The notes under the pieces are model-generated. The model had not been told where the DNA came from, did no database searches, and saw nothing but the letters and a program-made list of their open reading frames with translations. The translations under genes and the position numbers were made by a program. A stretch of 64,000 nt of DNA, taken from positions 3,104,001-3,168,000 of the forward strand of contig OX638351.1 of NCBI GenBank assembly GCA_951813565.1. Reading direction: 5' to 3'. The stretch comes from an uncultured Poribacteria bacterium (lineage in GTDB: Bacteria; Poribacteria; WGA-4E; WGA-3G). This document shows, piece after piece, positions 1 to 9,429 of this stretch (within the stretch, counting starts at the first letter, position 1; the number at the start of each line of letters is the position of its first letter).

Positions 1-2622
1 GATACTGCTGCACCTGCTGTTGGCACAGTCGGTATCAGCGAAATTATGTGGGCTATTGATGCTGGCTACATCGGTCAAACAAGAGCAAGAGATTCACAGT
101 GGATTGAACTTCACAATCTCAATACGACTGCTAAGACTGTTTTGATATATGCCCAAACAGGCGCTCAGTTTACGAATAATAATAGAATCGTTGTTGATAC
201 GCAAGCTGGCGACCGACTTTACGGGAAACTTGGTGAAGCCAATGAAACGAAGATGGTCGTTGATGTTATGACAAACTACTTCAACGGTAGTGATCGTGGC
301 ACTGAAGGTTGGGATATACCGGGCAGCAACGGTAGTAGCAAAGTAGGTATTGATTTTGTCTCAATGGCACGTATCCCTAAGCGTGACGAGTTTAATCTTA
401 CTCGTAGACACGAGGACAAGAATGATAAACCGCTTGATGGTTTATATAATAATGCAAAGGGAGCCGAAAACAGCTTAGATGGTAGATCATCAGGTTCTTG
501 GGCAGCTGCTACAGTGAGTTATCATACTGATGCCACTGATAATCCGGATGCTGCAACGACGAATGTCCCAACAACTTATGACTATCTTGGCACACCGGGA
601 CGTCCGAATACGCACAAAGCTGCTTCTCACATTACCAAAGATGGCCGCACAAGCGTTCCTGCAAATTCTGTTATTATCAACGAGGTCGCGAACCGCTCTG
701 ATGCACGCTATGAGTGGATTGAACTTCGTAATCTTACGGATAGCGAGGTAAACATAAGGAATTACATGATTTCCGTTGTAACCTCTAACAGTTCAGATAA
801 ACCGCTGATCCAGTTACCAGCGAATAATAACGCTAAGATTGCTCCACAAGGTGTTCTACTCTTAGTTGCCTCTGATCCGAGAAACAACCCAGATCACCCA
901 CTGGCAGTCGGTTGGAACGTTGATCTCGACCCAGAAGATCAAGCGCGCGGTTTGGCTGAAATCGGTATTACTAAAACCTCCAAACACGGACGTTATAAGG
1001 TCGTTGACTTTGAAGGTGGTGGTCTACCTGATGGTGACAGTCAGAAGTTTGTGCTGATTCTACGTAGAAAAGATAACGATGAGGGTCAACGCTCTGGCGC
1101 AGATGGCGGCAAAGGTGTTGCTGAAACAGGTAATGCTGACCTTGATAAAATTCTGGATATTGGTGGATATGACAACAATCTGTCCAAAAGCGGATATTCA
1201 AATGCTGTGTCATCAACCAATCTATGGCCATTGAGGAATTTTGAAGGTCCTGCCAGCAATAAGAACCGGTTCTTGTTAGATCGAGTTATTCGTCGCCAGC
1301 ATGTTTCAGCAGACGGTGGTAAGAGTGGTGTCGGAACAACACATGGTGACAAAAACCAGGGTCAAGTCGCTTTCGGACCTACTGGTTACACCGGTATCGG
1401 TTACAAACGTCAAGCTGCTGATTCCTCAGTTCACGGTGGCGACCCTGGTTATGACGGTGTCACGAGAAATAGTGCACACGATAGTGACGGTGGTCCCCGA
1501 GTCTATATCAGCGAAATTATGTTGTCTCAAGGTAGTGAACGCACGAAACTGCCACAGTGGATTGAACTCTACAATGCCTCTGATTACGCGATTAACCTCG
1601 CTGGTGGTGATGGTGTCGGTTGGAGACTCGTAATTGAAAATCCGCTTGATCCTATCCGTACCATTAACTTTAGAGATAAAGGTAATGTTAAGACTATTAA
1701 CCCGAAGCAATCGGTGATTGTCGTTTCTGCGTCAGCGCGGAGTTTCGGTAGTGATCACCTGCCTTCAGCGACCGTATTCCCAGATACCCGTGTATTTAAC
1801 GTGTATAAGGAATTGAAAGGTCATTTTGAAATGACAAGTCGCACCTCATCGATTATCAATCCGACAGCATTCAACATCAAATTAATTGATGGTGGAAAAA
1901 AGGTTAATGACGTTGTGATGTATACTACATCAGACGAAATCGGTAACCTTGACGGTAATGCTCGGACGAGTGATGAAGGTATGTGGGATTACCCGGAAAG
2001 TATCACAGAAGATGGATACAGAAGTTCACTCATCCGTATCTTTGATGATGGTACACCACGTGAGGGTATTAGCATGATGGAAAGTGATGTTAAACCTCTC
2101 GGTGGCACTGCTGGTGAGGGTGTAGACGGAATGCCCGGTATTGATTCCAAGTATAGTTGGGTTCATGCCGCGGATACTGATTTCGTTGACATCTTTGTCC
2201 GTCATACTTGGTATGGAAGTGAGAATGACTTTGGTACACCCGCAAACCGTGCAGCACAAGTAACTCCTGTTAACTTGTCCTTCTTCCGTCCAGCATTGGA
2301 AAACGGCGAAGTCGTTATCCGTTGGACAACCGAATCTGAACTTGACAACGCTGGATTTAATATCCTTCGTAGTGAAGAACGAAACGGTGAATACAAGCAG
2401 GTTAACACCGAACTGATTGCCGGTCATGGCACAACAGGTGAACGCCACTCTTACAAGTGGGTTGACCCGACTGCTAAACCTGGTGTTGTTTATTATTATC
2501 AAATTGAAGATGTATCTTTCGCCGGTGAGCACCAAGTGCTTGCTTTGACCAAGTTGAAAGGTTTGATCTCGGCCAAGAACAAACTGACAACGCGGTGGGG
2601 CGAATTGAAATCACAAGATTAA
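1..2622 (+). CDS. Large secreted lamin-tail-domain (LTD) repeat protein, 5'-truncated by the window edge
   Basis: Frame is open from base 1 (DTAAPAVGTVGISEIM...). Three LTD-like units (ISEIM..QWIELHN, IINEVAN..EWIELRN, ISEIML..QWIELYN), a C-terminal PVNLSFF..WTTESELDNAGFNILRS Ig/FN3-like domain and a terminal KLTTRWGELK motif. Confidence 0.8.
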   Translation, partial: DTAAPAVGTVGISEIMWAIDAGYIGQTRARDSQWIELHNLNTTAKTVLIYAQTGAQFTNNNRIVVDTQAGDRLYGKLGEANETKMVVDVMTNYFNGSDRGTEGWDIPGSNGSSKVGIDFVSMARIPKRDEFNLTRRHEDKNDKPLDGLYNNAKGAENSLDGRSSGSWAAATVSYHTDATDNPDAATTNVPTTYDYLGTPGRPNTHKAASHITKDGRTSVPANSVIINEVANRSDARYEWIELRNLTDSEVNIRNYMISVVTSNSSDKPLIQLPANNNAKIAPQGVLLLVASDPRNNPDHPLAVGWNVDLDPEDQARGLAEIGITKTSKHGRYKVVDFEGGGLPDGDSQKFVLILRRKDNDEGQRSGADGGKGVAETGNADLDKILDIGGYDNNLSKSGYSNAVSSTNLWPLRNFEGPASNKNRFLLDRVIRRQHVSADGGKSGVGTTHGDKNQGQVAFGPTGYTGIGYKRQAADSSVHGGDPGYDGVTRNSAHDSDGGPRVYISEIMLSQGSERTKLPQWIELYNASDYAINLAGGDGVGWRLVIENPLDPIRTINFRDKGNVKTINPKQSVIVVSASARSFGSDHLPSATVFPDTRVFNVYKELKGHFEMTSRTSSIINPTAFNIKLIDGGKKVNDVVMYTTSDEIGNLDGNARTSDEGMWDYPESITEDGYRSSLIRIFDDGTPREGISMMESDVKPLGGTAGEGVDGMPGIDSKYSWVHAADTDFVDIFVRHTWYGSENDFGTPANRAAQVTPVNLSFFRPALENGEVVIRWTTESELDNAGFNILRSEERNGEYKQVNTELIAGHGTTGERHSYKWVDPTAKPGVVYYYQIEDVSFAGEHQVLALTKLKGLISAKNKLTTRWGELKSQD

Positions 2623-2649
2623 CTCAGGGATATTCTAACTAACCTACCC

Positions 2650-2700
2650 AAAAAAAGCGGGCGTTGGACTTCGGTTCAATGCCCGCTTTTTTTCTTTTTT
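2650..2700 (+). terminator. Intrinsic terminator (possibly bidirectional)
   Basis: AAAAAAGCGGGCGTTGGAC-TTCG-GTTCAATGCCCGC followed by a long T tract, just after the LTD gene stop. Confidence 0.85.
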
Positions 2701-2716
2701 TAGAAAAGGAAACAAT

Positions 2717-2789
2717 GGGCGGGCACAGGGACCTGCCCCTACACTCAAAGGGATCCACTTATTGTAGGGCGAGGTCCCTGTGCCTCGCC
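2717..2789. repeat. Pair of GTAG-type REP-like palindromes
   Basis: GGGCGGGCACAGGGACCTGCCCCTACA and TGTAGGGCGAGGTCCCTGTGCCTCGCC; relatives at 4328, 8182-8257 and 39951-40130. Confidence 0.75.
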
Positions 2790-2883
2790 ATGTCTTGATG
2801 AAGAGAACCAATTAACTTGACATCTCCCCTAAACCATACTATAATATAAACAAACAACAGTACCGGAGGACAACCCCAAACCG

Positions 2884-4131
2884 ATGAAAAAGCTCTTTAT
2901 AATACTCATAACACTCACACTTTTAGCCCCCAGTTTGCAAGCGAAGACAACCACCTATAGCGAACACATCGCCCCGATCCTACAGAAACAGTGCCAAGCC
3001 TGCCACCGACAAGGCGAAGTCGCCCCCTTTGCACTCACCGACTACCGAGAAGCAAAAGCGTGGGCAACAGAAATCGCTGAATATACTAAAGCACGACTGA
3101 TGCCACCTTGGAAACCCGCACATGGATACGGCACCTTCAAAAACGAACGCCGACTGACCGACAAAGAAATCCAAATGATAACTGACTGGGCAGAATCAGG
3201 CGCACCCGCAGGCGACCTTGACGCAGTACCGCCGAACCCAAAATTTCATGATGGGTGGATACTCGGAGAACCCGACCATATCGTTGAAATGCCCGTAGAA
3301 TACGAAATTGAGCCGGAAGGTGAAGACGAATATCGGCACTTCATCATTCCCACCAACTTTGACACAGATATATATGTTCAGGCAGTGGATGTGCAACCGG
3401 GCAACCGCAAAACAGTCCACCATGTCATCGCATATCTGGATACAAAGGGACAAGGGCGACAACTTGCCGCACAGGACCCCAAACCGGGGTATGTAACAGG
3501 CGGCACTGGACCCGGTATTGATGTTGTAGGGACGCTCGGTGGATGGGCACCCGGCGTTACACCTTCCGTTCTACCCGAAGGCGTTGGGTATCTGTTGCCA
3601 AAAGGCGCTGATATTGTGCTACAGGTACACTATTATCGCACTGGACATCTTGAGCGCGACCAATCGCGTATGGCGCTTTATTTTTCCAAAACACCCAAAA
3701 CAACCCCGCTGGAAATCAGTTCAGCGATCAACGATAAGTTTATGATCCCAGCAGGCGATGCGAAATATGCTGTCCACGCATCCAGAAGTATCAAGAAAGA
3801 CAGTTATCTGTTAGCCACGATGCCGCACATGCATCTGCTCGGACGCGACATGCGTATCATTGCTAAACCGCCAACGGGCGACCCGATTGACCTTATCTGG
3901 ATACAAGATTGGGATTTCAACTGGCAGGACATCTATCACTATCATAAACCTGTCTTTCTCCCCGCAGGCACACAAGTCTCTCTTGTCGCTCATTTTGACA
4001 ACTCTGCCACCAATCCAGCCAATCCGCACGACCCACCTGTCCCCGTCGGTTGGGGAGACAAAACCACAGATGAAATGTGCATCGGTTTCATTTATTATGT
4101 TGATGCAAGTGAATTTCAGCCTGTGGAATAA
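2884..4131 (+). CDS. Secreted copper type II ascorbate-dependent monooxygenase-like protein with an N-terminal c-type heme motif
   Basis: Signal peptide, CQACH, MPPW, VHH, LQVHY, PHMH, WDFNWQ and TTDEMC motifs. Confidence 0.8.
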   Translation: MKKLFIILITLTLLAPSLQAKTTTYSEHIAPILQKQCQACHRQGEVAPFALTDYREAKAWATEIAEYTKARLMPPWKPAHGYGTFKNERRLTDKEIQMITDWAESGAPAGDLDAVPPNPKFHDGWILGEPDHIVEMPVEYEIEPEGEDEYRHFIIPTNFDTDIYVQAVDVQPGNRKTVHHVIAYLDTKGQGRQLAAQDPKPGYVTGGTGPGIDVVGTLGGWAPGVTPSVLPEGVGYLLPKGADIVLQVHYYRTGHLERDQSRMALYFSKTPKTTPLEISSAINDKFMIPAGDAKYAVHASRSIKKDSYLLATMPHMHLLGRDMRIIAKPPTGDPIDLIWIQDWDFNWQDIYHYHKPVFLPAGTQVSLVAHFDNSATNPANPHDPPVPVGWGDKTTDEMCIGFIYYVDASEFQPVE

Positions 4132-4143
4132 AGGCTATAAAAC

Positions 4144-4355
4144 TGTAGGTTGGTGTCATAGAATCAACTGTAGGTCGGTTTCATAGAATCAACTGTAGGT
4201 CGGGGTCTCCGTGCCCCGACATGTCCTCCTCCTATTGTAGGTCGGGGTCTCCGTGCCCCGACATGTCCTCCTCCTATTGTAGGTCGGGGTCTCCGTGCCC
4301 CGACAATGTTATAAGTGATATAAACAAAGGGCGGGCACAGAGACCCGCCCCTACA
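4144..4355. repeat. Tandem REP array (2 x 25 bp, then about 2.6 x 42 bp) plus an inverted REP
   Basis: TGTAGG starts at 4144, 4169, 4194, 4236 and 4278; 42-bp unit TGTAGGTCGGGGTCTCCGTGCCCCGACATGTCCTCCTCCTAT; inverted REP at 4328-4355. Confidence 0.85.
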
Positions 4356-4373
4356 ATGGGTGGACAAATAATC

Positions 4374-5057
4374 TTATTTTTCCTTCCGCCCCACAAAATA
4401 CACCGCAGACGCCAAAATATGCGAATGCGGATGCAATAACAACAACATATCCAACAACACCAACGGAAACGTCAACCACCCCACCAGAAGCGACACCGCC
4501 TTTGCAACCAACAAACTCCCGAAAGAACACACAAGCCCAACGTATTCACGAAAAATCCAATGCAGTGCCGTTGTAGGTCCCGCGCATGCCCCACTTTCTA
4601 TCTCATGGAACTGGGAAAACAACGCCACGAACCCAGTCGTCGTCCAGCGTTGATAATCGTGAGGTGATGCGTGATACCCTTGTAGAAATGGCACCGCTGC
4701 GCACACATACCCATCCGGTTTTAGCACACGAGACATCTCTGCTACAACACGCTGCGGGTCGCGGACATGCTCCAGCACCGCCTCAGAGATAACCGCATCA
4801 AACACATTATCTGTAAACGGCAAACAGTGACCGTCTGCCACAACATCCACCGCGGGAGTCGTCTCAATCTCAAGGTTAATCACATTTGGTGCACGACGAT
4901 GCATGCCAGAGCCCAGGTCCAAAACCCGTGCATTAGGTCCCAGTTCTCGGAGCACCCGTTTAACAGCACGATTCCAACGCGGTGCTGGATAAGGGCATCC
5001 CATCAGAGGTGCCAACAATCGGTTTTGCCGTAACTGACGTTTTATCCGTTCAACCAT
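4374..5057 (-). CDS. Class I SAM-dependent methyltransferase (Methyltransf_11-like)
   Basis: VLDLGSG, DGHCLPF..FDAV..AVLEHV, VLKPDG. Start placed at ATG 5057 because the ORF-track extension is translated REP DNA. Confidence 0.8.
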   Translation of the reverse strand: MVERIKRQLRQNRLLAPLMGCPYPAPRWNRAVKRVLRELGPNARVLDLGSGMHRRAPNVINLEIETTPAVDVVADGHCLPFTDNVFDAVISEAVLEHVRDPQRVVAEMSRVLKPDGYVCAAVPFLQGYHASPHDYQRWTTTGFVALFSQFHEIESGACAGPTTALHWIFREYVGLVCSFGSLLVAKAVSLLVGWLTFPLVLLDMLLLLHPHSHILASAVYFVGRKEK

Positions 5058-5063
5058 TTTTCT

Positions 5064-5187
5064 TGTAGGAGGGTTTTGTAAACCCGATTTTCTTGTGGTC
5101 TTGTAAGTCTGATTTCCATTTCTTGTGGGAGGGCTTTCTAAGCCCGATTGTATGTGTTTTAATCGGGGTTGAAAACCCCTCCCACAG
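5064..5187. repeat. REP cluster (TGT(A/G)GGAGGG...CCCGA family)
   Basis: Two direct copies and one inverted copy; relatives near 6175, 19028, 25525 and 39866. Confidence 0.7.
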
Positions 5188-5283
5188 GACAATAATCCTT
5201 AAATTGATTGGCTGCGTGGCAAACGTCAAATACGCGTATGGTATTTGACGCCTCTTACACTCTGTTGATTCATTCGTTCAGAC

Positions 5284-5314
5284 AAAAAAAAACGGGGTCA
5301 GAACTCTGACCCCG
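5284..5314 (-). terminator. Intrinsic terminator of the rpsU-dsRBD transcript
   Basis: CGGGGTCAGA-AC-TCTGACCCCG hairpin preceded by A9 on the + strand (U tract on the - strand), just past the stop at 5326. Confidence 0.75.
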
Positions 5315-5325
5315 CCATAACCGAC

Positions 5326-5862
5326 TTATACATCAGGAAACTTTATATTCGCTTCATCCGCCGCCTTAGCCAAATCTTTGACAATCTGCATCGTCAACTG
5401 CGCCAATTTCCGAGAGAATTCAGCGTCAGAAACCCCTCGGTATCGTGATGGCTGCGATGCACCGAGCCGTTCATTTGCAATCGCCATTGCGCTTGTAATC
5501 AGCGGCAACGCTACCTCAATAGGTTCATCGCAGGGCGCTGGCGTCTCAACTGGTTCCGGTATTATGTCATCTTCTGTTTCAACCTCGCCTGTTAACATAC
5601 GTTCGCGGTTTTCAGAGATTGTGTCAAGAACCTGTTTCGCAGCGAATTGGTGAGCCCCCTTCTTCGCACCCGGTATCGGATCAATCGTCTCGTGAACTCT
5701 GTCACCGTAATGGACTGTAACCTTCCAACTCGGTGCGTCTGCTGTGCCGTGTTGTGTTTCAGTAAAACGCGGCTGACTCAACCCACGTTCTTGGCAATAT
5801 TGAATTAAAAGTCCTTTGTAGTTTCCATCAGGATCGGCAACATCAACATCCTGAACGGGCAT
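5326..5862 (-). CDS. Stand-alone double-stranded RNA-binding domain (dsRBD) protein
   Basis: NYKGLLIQYCQ..PRF...HGTADAPSWKVTV...GAKKGAHQFAAKQVL matches the dsRBD pattern; acidic linker and helical C-terminus; no RNase III domain. Confidence 0.7.
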   Translation of the reverse strand: MPVQDVDVADPDGNYKGLLIQYCQERGLSQPRFTETQHGTADAPSWKVTVHYGDRVHETIDPIPGAKKGAHQFAAKQVLDTISENRERMLTGEVETEDDIIPEPVETPAPCDEPIEVALPLITSAMAIANERLGASQPSRYRGVSDAEFSRKLAQLTMQIVKDLAKAADEANIKFPDV

Positions 5863-5886
5863 ATATTACTACCTCCCGGAGCCGCT

Positions 5887-6108
5887 CTATCTGCCGTTAT
5901 CGTAGCGTGGGCGATACTCCATCGTGCGCGGTTTCACTTTCCGCTGGCGTTTCAGTTCAATTCGGCGACGTTTTTCGCTCGGCTTCTCATAAAAACTCCG
6001 TTTTTTGATTTCAGTGACAACGCCCGCTTTACCACACATCTTTTTAAAACGAGCCAATGCCCTATCAAAGGATTCGCCTGAATCAACCGTAACTTCAACT
6101 TGAACCAT
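5887..6108 (-). CDS. rpsU: 30S ribosomal protein S21
   Basis: ESFDRALARFKK..KAGVVTEIKKRSFYEKPSEKRRR; strong AGGAGG RBS. Confidence 0.95.
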   Translation of the reverse strand: MVQVEVTVDSGESFDRALARFKKMCGKAGVVTEIKKRSFYEKPSEKRRRIELKRQRKVKPRTMEYRPRYDNGR

Positions 6109-6493
6109 GTTTACAATCCTCCTTCAACAAATTACTATATTAATCCAAGTTGCCACCTATTTGTGAACGCTCTTGTAGGAGGGGTTTCTAACCCCGATTT
6201 ATATCAGAAAACGTCAGAATCAGCGAGAAATCCTTGTTTTTCAGTAAAAAACGGTGGATGCCTGATCGAAATCTTGTAGATAGCAACTTGGGTTATATTA
6301 GTATATCATATCTCAGCGTAGATGTCAACTTTTTTTGGCGCTGTAACTGTGGTAGGCGGGGTTTCAAACCGTGCCTATATGCAATAGTCTGTAGGTTAGA
6401 TAGAGCAACACGAAACCCAACTTTTCTGGCAGTTAACGAAATGCAGTTCCGACAACTGATAGCTGATAACCGATAGCCCAGGGTTATTCAGTT

Positions 6494-6780
6494 TTATGAA
6501 TTTTCATTTGTCTCGTAAATGTGGATCGGTTCTCCTAAAACAGGGTGTGTTGTCTCCTCAGAAAGTGTGTCAGGAACGTCTTGAAAAAGTTTCTCAATCG
6601 CATCTAAAAGGTCAGGTTGGTTGTCTTTGACAGGGAGCATATAGTCTCCATCACCATCTATGAGTGCGTGGCAGAAAGTTCGCTGTGTCAAAAGCGCATC
6701 CGGGGAATGCCAAACGCGCATTCGGACCGTTGATTTGGTTGTGACGACTTTACCCCTCACATCAAAGGTCTTGAGGATCT
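6494..6780 (-). pseudogene. ISAs1-family transposase internal fragment, interrupted by a 36-bp in-frame insert
   Basis: GKVVTT[KSTVRMRVWHSP]DALLTQR...GDYMLPVKDNQPDL resembles the ISAs1 VVTxDAxxxQ..GDYxxxVKxNQ motif; N- and C-terminal parts are missing. Confidence 0.75.
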
Positions 6781-6923
6781 CTGTTGAGAGATGAAGTTAC
6801 ATTATTGCGTATATTCAACAATTATGCTATAATCCCATTGTATCTGATAAACAACATCTGCAACAGATTATTCTAAATTCCCTTTGCTAATGTGGCACTG
6901 GACAACTTCATAAGGAGCAATAA

Positions 6924-8141
6924 ATGTCAAAAAAACAGTTCAAAGTTCGAGCGGCGCATTGCGATTATCGTGCAAGTGAAGAGGAGATTTATCAAATCCT
7001 ACGCCGTATCACGGACCCGCTTACGCAATCTTGGAAACCGATTGAGACTGCCAAAAAGGTTGTCATCAAATTCAACATGATGAAACCACATGAACGTATT
7101 ATATATTTTGAAGGCCGCCGCCGTGAACTGGTAGACGATGCAGTGTGCCGTGCAGTACTGCGATTGCTCAAAGAGCACACAACAGCACAACTCATCGCTA
7201 CAGATACAAACCCGTATACACATGGACATCGGATGCCACCCGGTTTTAACTATGAACATCATCTCAAAGAATTCGGCGTGCAATTTGTTGATTCAAACTT
7301 GCCACCGTTTAAAGTTTACGATGTTCCCGGGGGCGGTTCAATGTTTGACCGCTACACGTTGAGTGCTTGCTTTGACGATGCAGATGCGGTCGTTTCCGTA
7401 GCAAAGATGAAAAATCACGCATTCATGGGAATCACTTTGTGCACTAAGAATTTGTTCGGTTTACCACCGATGCTGCTCCCTGAAGGTAGAACGCGAAGTT
7501 ACTATCATCACCTCATCCGTTTGTCCTACGTCCTACCCGATCTTGCGCTGATTACAAAGCCATGTCTCAATATCATTGATGCGTTAACAGGACAGTGGGG
7601 ACGCGAATGGGGCGGCGAAGGCAGAATTTGCAACGCACTTATCGCAGGCGATCACCCAATTTCCACTGATACTGTTGGCATGCACTTGATGGGACATGAT
7701 CCTGCATCAGACTGGCCTACACCACCTTTTAAACGCGATCGTAATCATATCCTCATCGCTGCACAGCGCGGGTTCGGCACTGTTGATTTAGATGAAATTG
7801 ATTGGGAGAGCGAGGTTACGGCGCCTCTCGCGGAGTTTGACTCGGTGGAAACAGATAGCACACAAATGGTCGCTAATTGGCGCCGCACAACGTGTGAGCA
7901 GGGATTGGTCTATCTCGAAAACCAGAAAAACATGATAGATAAATATCGCGGAGATTTCATCTATTTGCAGGGTGGCGAAGTTGTTTGGAGCGGTCCGGAC
8001 CCATCGAATTTGGGAAGTCGCCGTCAGCTCAGTGGGGAAAAGAAGGATAGCGCCCTTTGGCTCAAGCTCGTTGATGCTGAGGAACACGAAGGGGAACGAT
8101 TTAACGTTTATGAGGAGTGCATGAAAGACTTTGCAGCGTAA
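6924..8141 (+). CDS. DUF362 domain-containing protein
   Basis: KVVIKFN, VSVAKMKNH..GITLCTKNLFG, LNIIDAL..G, DPISTD-like motifs; AGGAG RBS. Confidence 0.8.
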   Translation: MSKKQFKVRAAHCDYRASEEEIYQILRRITDPLTQSWKPIETAKKVVIKFNMMKPHERIIYFEGRRRELVDDAVCRAVLRLLKEHTTAQLIATDTNPYTHGHRMPPGFNYEHHLKEFGVQFVDSNLPPFKVYDVPGGGSMFDRYTLSACFDDADAVVSVAKMKNHAFMGITLCTKNLFGLPPMLLPEGRTRSYYHHLIRLSYVLPDLALITKPCLNIIDALTGQWGREWGGEGRICNALIAGDHPISTDTVGMHLMGHDPASDWPTPPFKRDRNHILIAAQRGFGTVDLDEIDWESEVTAPLAEFDSVETDSTQMVANWRRTTCEQGLVYLENQKNMIDKYRGDFIYLQGGEVVWSGPDPSNLGSRRQLSGEKKDSALWLKLVDAEEHEGERFNVYEECMKDFAA

Positions 8142-8357
8142 AGTATGTAAACATTTTTGCTAAAATCTACACTCTTCTTATTGTAGGGTGGGTCTCTGTG
8201 CCTACCCGTTGTTTGATATATTCAGATATATGAGGGGCACAGTGACCCACCCCTACAAGAGAATGTCCGAGGCGCAATGAATTGCGCGGCTACAAACGCT
8301 ATAACACCTGAAAACGAGTCAATTTGCACAAGCTCTAAATTATAAGGGAAAAGACAG

Positions 8358-9110
8358 ATGGATATCACGGATGCACAAAAAAAGCAATTAGATGAGCAGG
8401 GATGTATTGTCATTCCAGATGTGCTTTCAGACGAAGAGATAGAAATGTATAGAACCGATATACTTCGGTTGGCAGAGCAGGAAAAACAGAACGGTTCAGC
8501 ACTGCGCCATACTAACGGATTCGGTCAGCATGTGCGTTGGTTGATGAACAAAGGTAAGATATACGAGAAACTCGTTGCACATCCCAAGGTGATGCCTTTT
8601 TTTGAACACCTGCTTGGTGCGGATTATACGTTAAGCACTCTCACCTCAAACATCATTGACCCGGGTGCCCCCGATGGAGGATACCACGTTGATAGTGTTT
8701 TAGGTGGAATGCCAGAACCACTACCCAGTTTTCCTGTGGTTGTCAACAGTCTCTGGTTACTTGACGATTTTACGCCAGAAAACGGAGGCACACGACATGT
8801 TCCGGGTATTCATCGTCAACAGATAAAACCGCCTCCCGGTACTACACACCACCCTGACGAAGTGCGCCTCTCTGCACCGAAAGGTTCTGTGTTTCTTTTT
8901 AATGGAGCAGTCTGGCATTCAGCAGGTGCTAACAAGACCGATCAACAGCGCATCGCACTCATCTGCTTCTGTTGTCGGTCCTTCATTAAACCGATGTTCG
9001 ACTTTGTGCATTACCTTGAACCAGAAGTAATTGAACGCGCTACCCCAACGATGCGCAGAATTTATGGGTTTGATTCCCAGCCAAGACCGCCAGATAAACC
9101 TAAGCAGTAA
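8358..9110 (+). CDS. Phytanoyl-CoA dioxygenase family (PhyH) Fe(II)/2OG oxygenase
   Basis: YHVD, LDDFTPENGGTRHVPG, GSVFLFNGAVWH..GAN facial-triad motifs. Confidence 0.9.
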   Translation: MDITDAQKKQLDEQGCIVIPDVLSDEEIEMYRTDILRLAEQEKQNGSALRHTNGFGQHVRWLMNKGKIYEKLVAHPKVMPFFEHLLGADYTLSTLTSNIIDPGAPDGGYHVDSVLGGMPEPLPSFPVVVNSLWLLDDFTPENGGTRHVPGIHRQQIKPPPGTTHHPDEVRLSAPKGSVFLFNGAVWHSAGANKTDQQRIALICFCCRSFIKPMFDFVHYLEPEVIERATPTMRRIYGFDSQPRPPDKPKQ

Positions 9111-9202
9111 TTGTAGATGACTCAAAAGGTTAATGTTCAAATCTAAAGATTCGTGCGTTTTCGCCTTTTTGAACTTGTTTACGACTCACCTCTTATTGAT
9201 AA

Positions 9203-9337
9203 TATAGCGGAGTCTACAATTAACTGGACATCTGAGCTGTCCGAGGGAACTCCGATTCCCGACTAACAGTGGTTTCGTCGCGATTCGGAGATCGCTCGGA
9301 CAGAATATATGTGAACTTATTTACATAATTTACTATA
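9203..9337. mobile_element. 135-bp TA-flanked MITE-like element containing a REP pair (copy 1)
   Basis: Near-identical to 44192-44326; imperfect TIRs TATAGCGG..ACAATTAACTGGACAT / ATGTGAACTTATTTACATAATTTACTATA. Confidence 0.75.
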
Positions 9338-9429
9338 ATTCGTAGCTAAGAGAAATTTATCGTCTTGAATTCAAATAATAGGTGTGTTATAATACTTTTA
9401 AACTCAAAACTTGTAAGAGGGAAAGTCAC

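Noticed and set aside
4144..4305. Possible CRISPR array (27-bp palindromic repeat, three copies)
   Set aside because: The intervening sequences are identical and only about 15 nt, the repeat is a GTAG-type REP, and there are no cas genes
5058..5192. ORF-track N-terminal extensions (also 29970-30095, 30729-30818, 32985-33086, 47859-47942, 50532-50633, 56931-57053)
   Set aside because: They translate REP, intergenic or overlapping DNA; downstream ATGs have a better RBS or homology support
5224..5250. Hairpin CGTCAAATAC-GCGTATG-GTATTTGACG as another mini-element copy
   Set aside because: It shares the loop sequence but lacks the CAAATCAAC leader and I cannot reconstruct an empty site; possibly a degenerate relative
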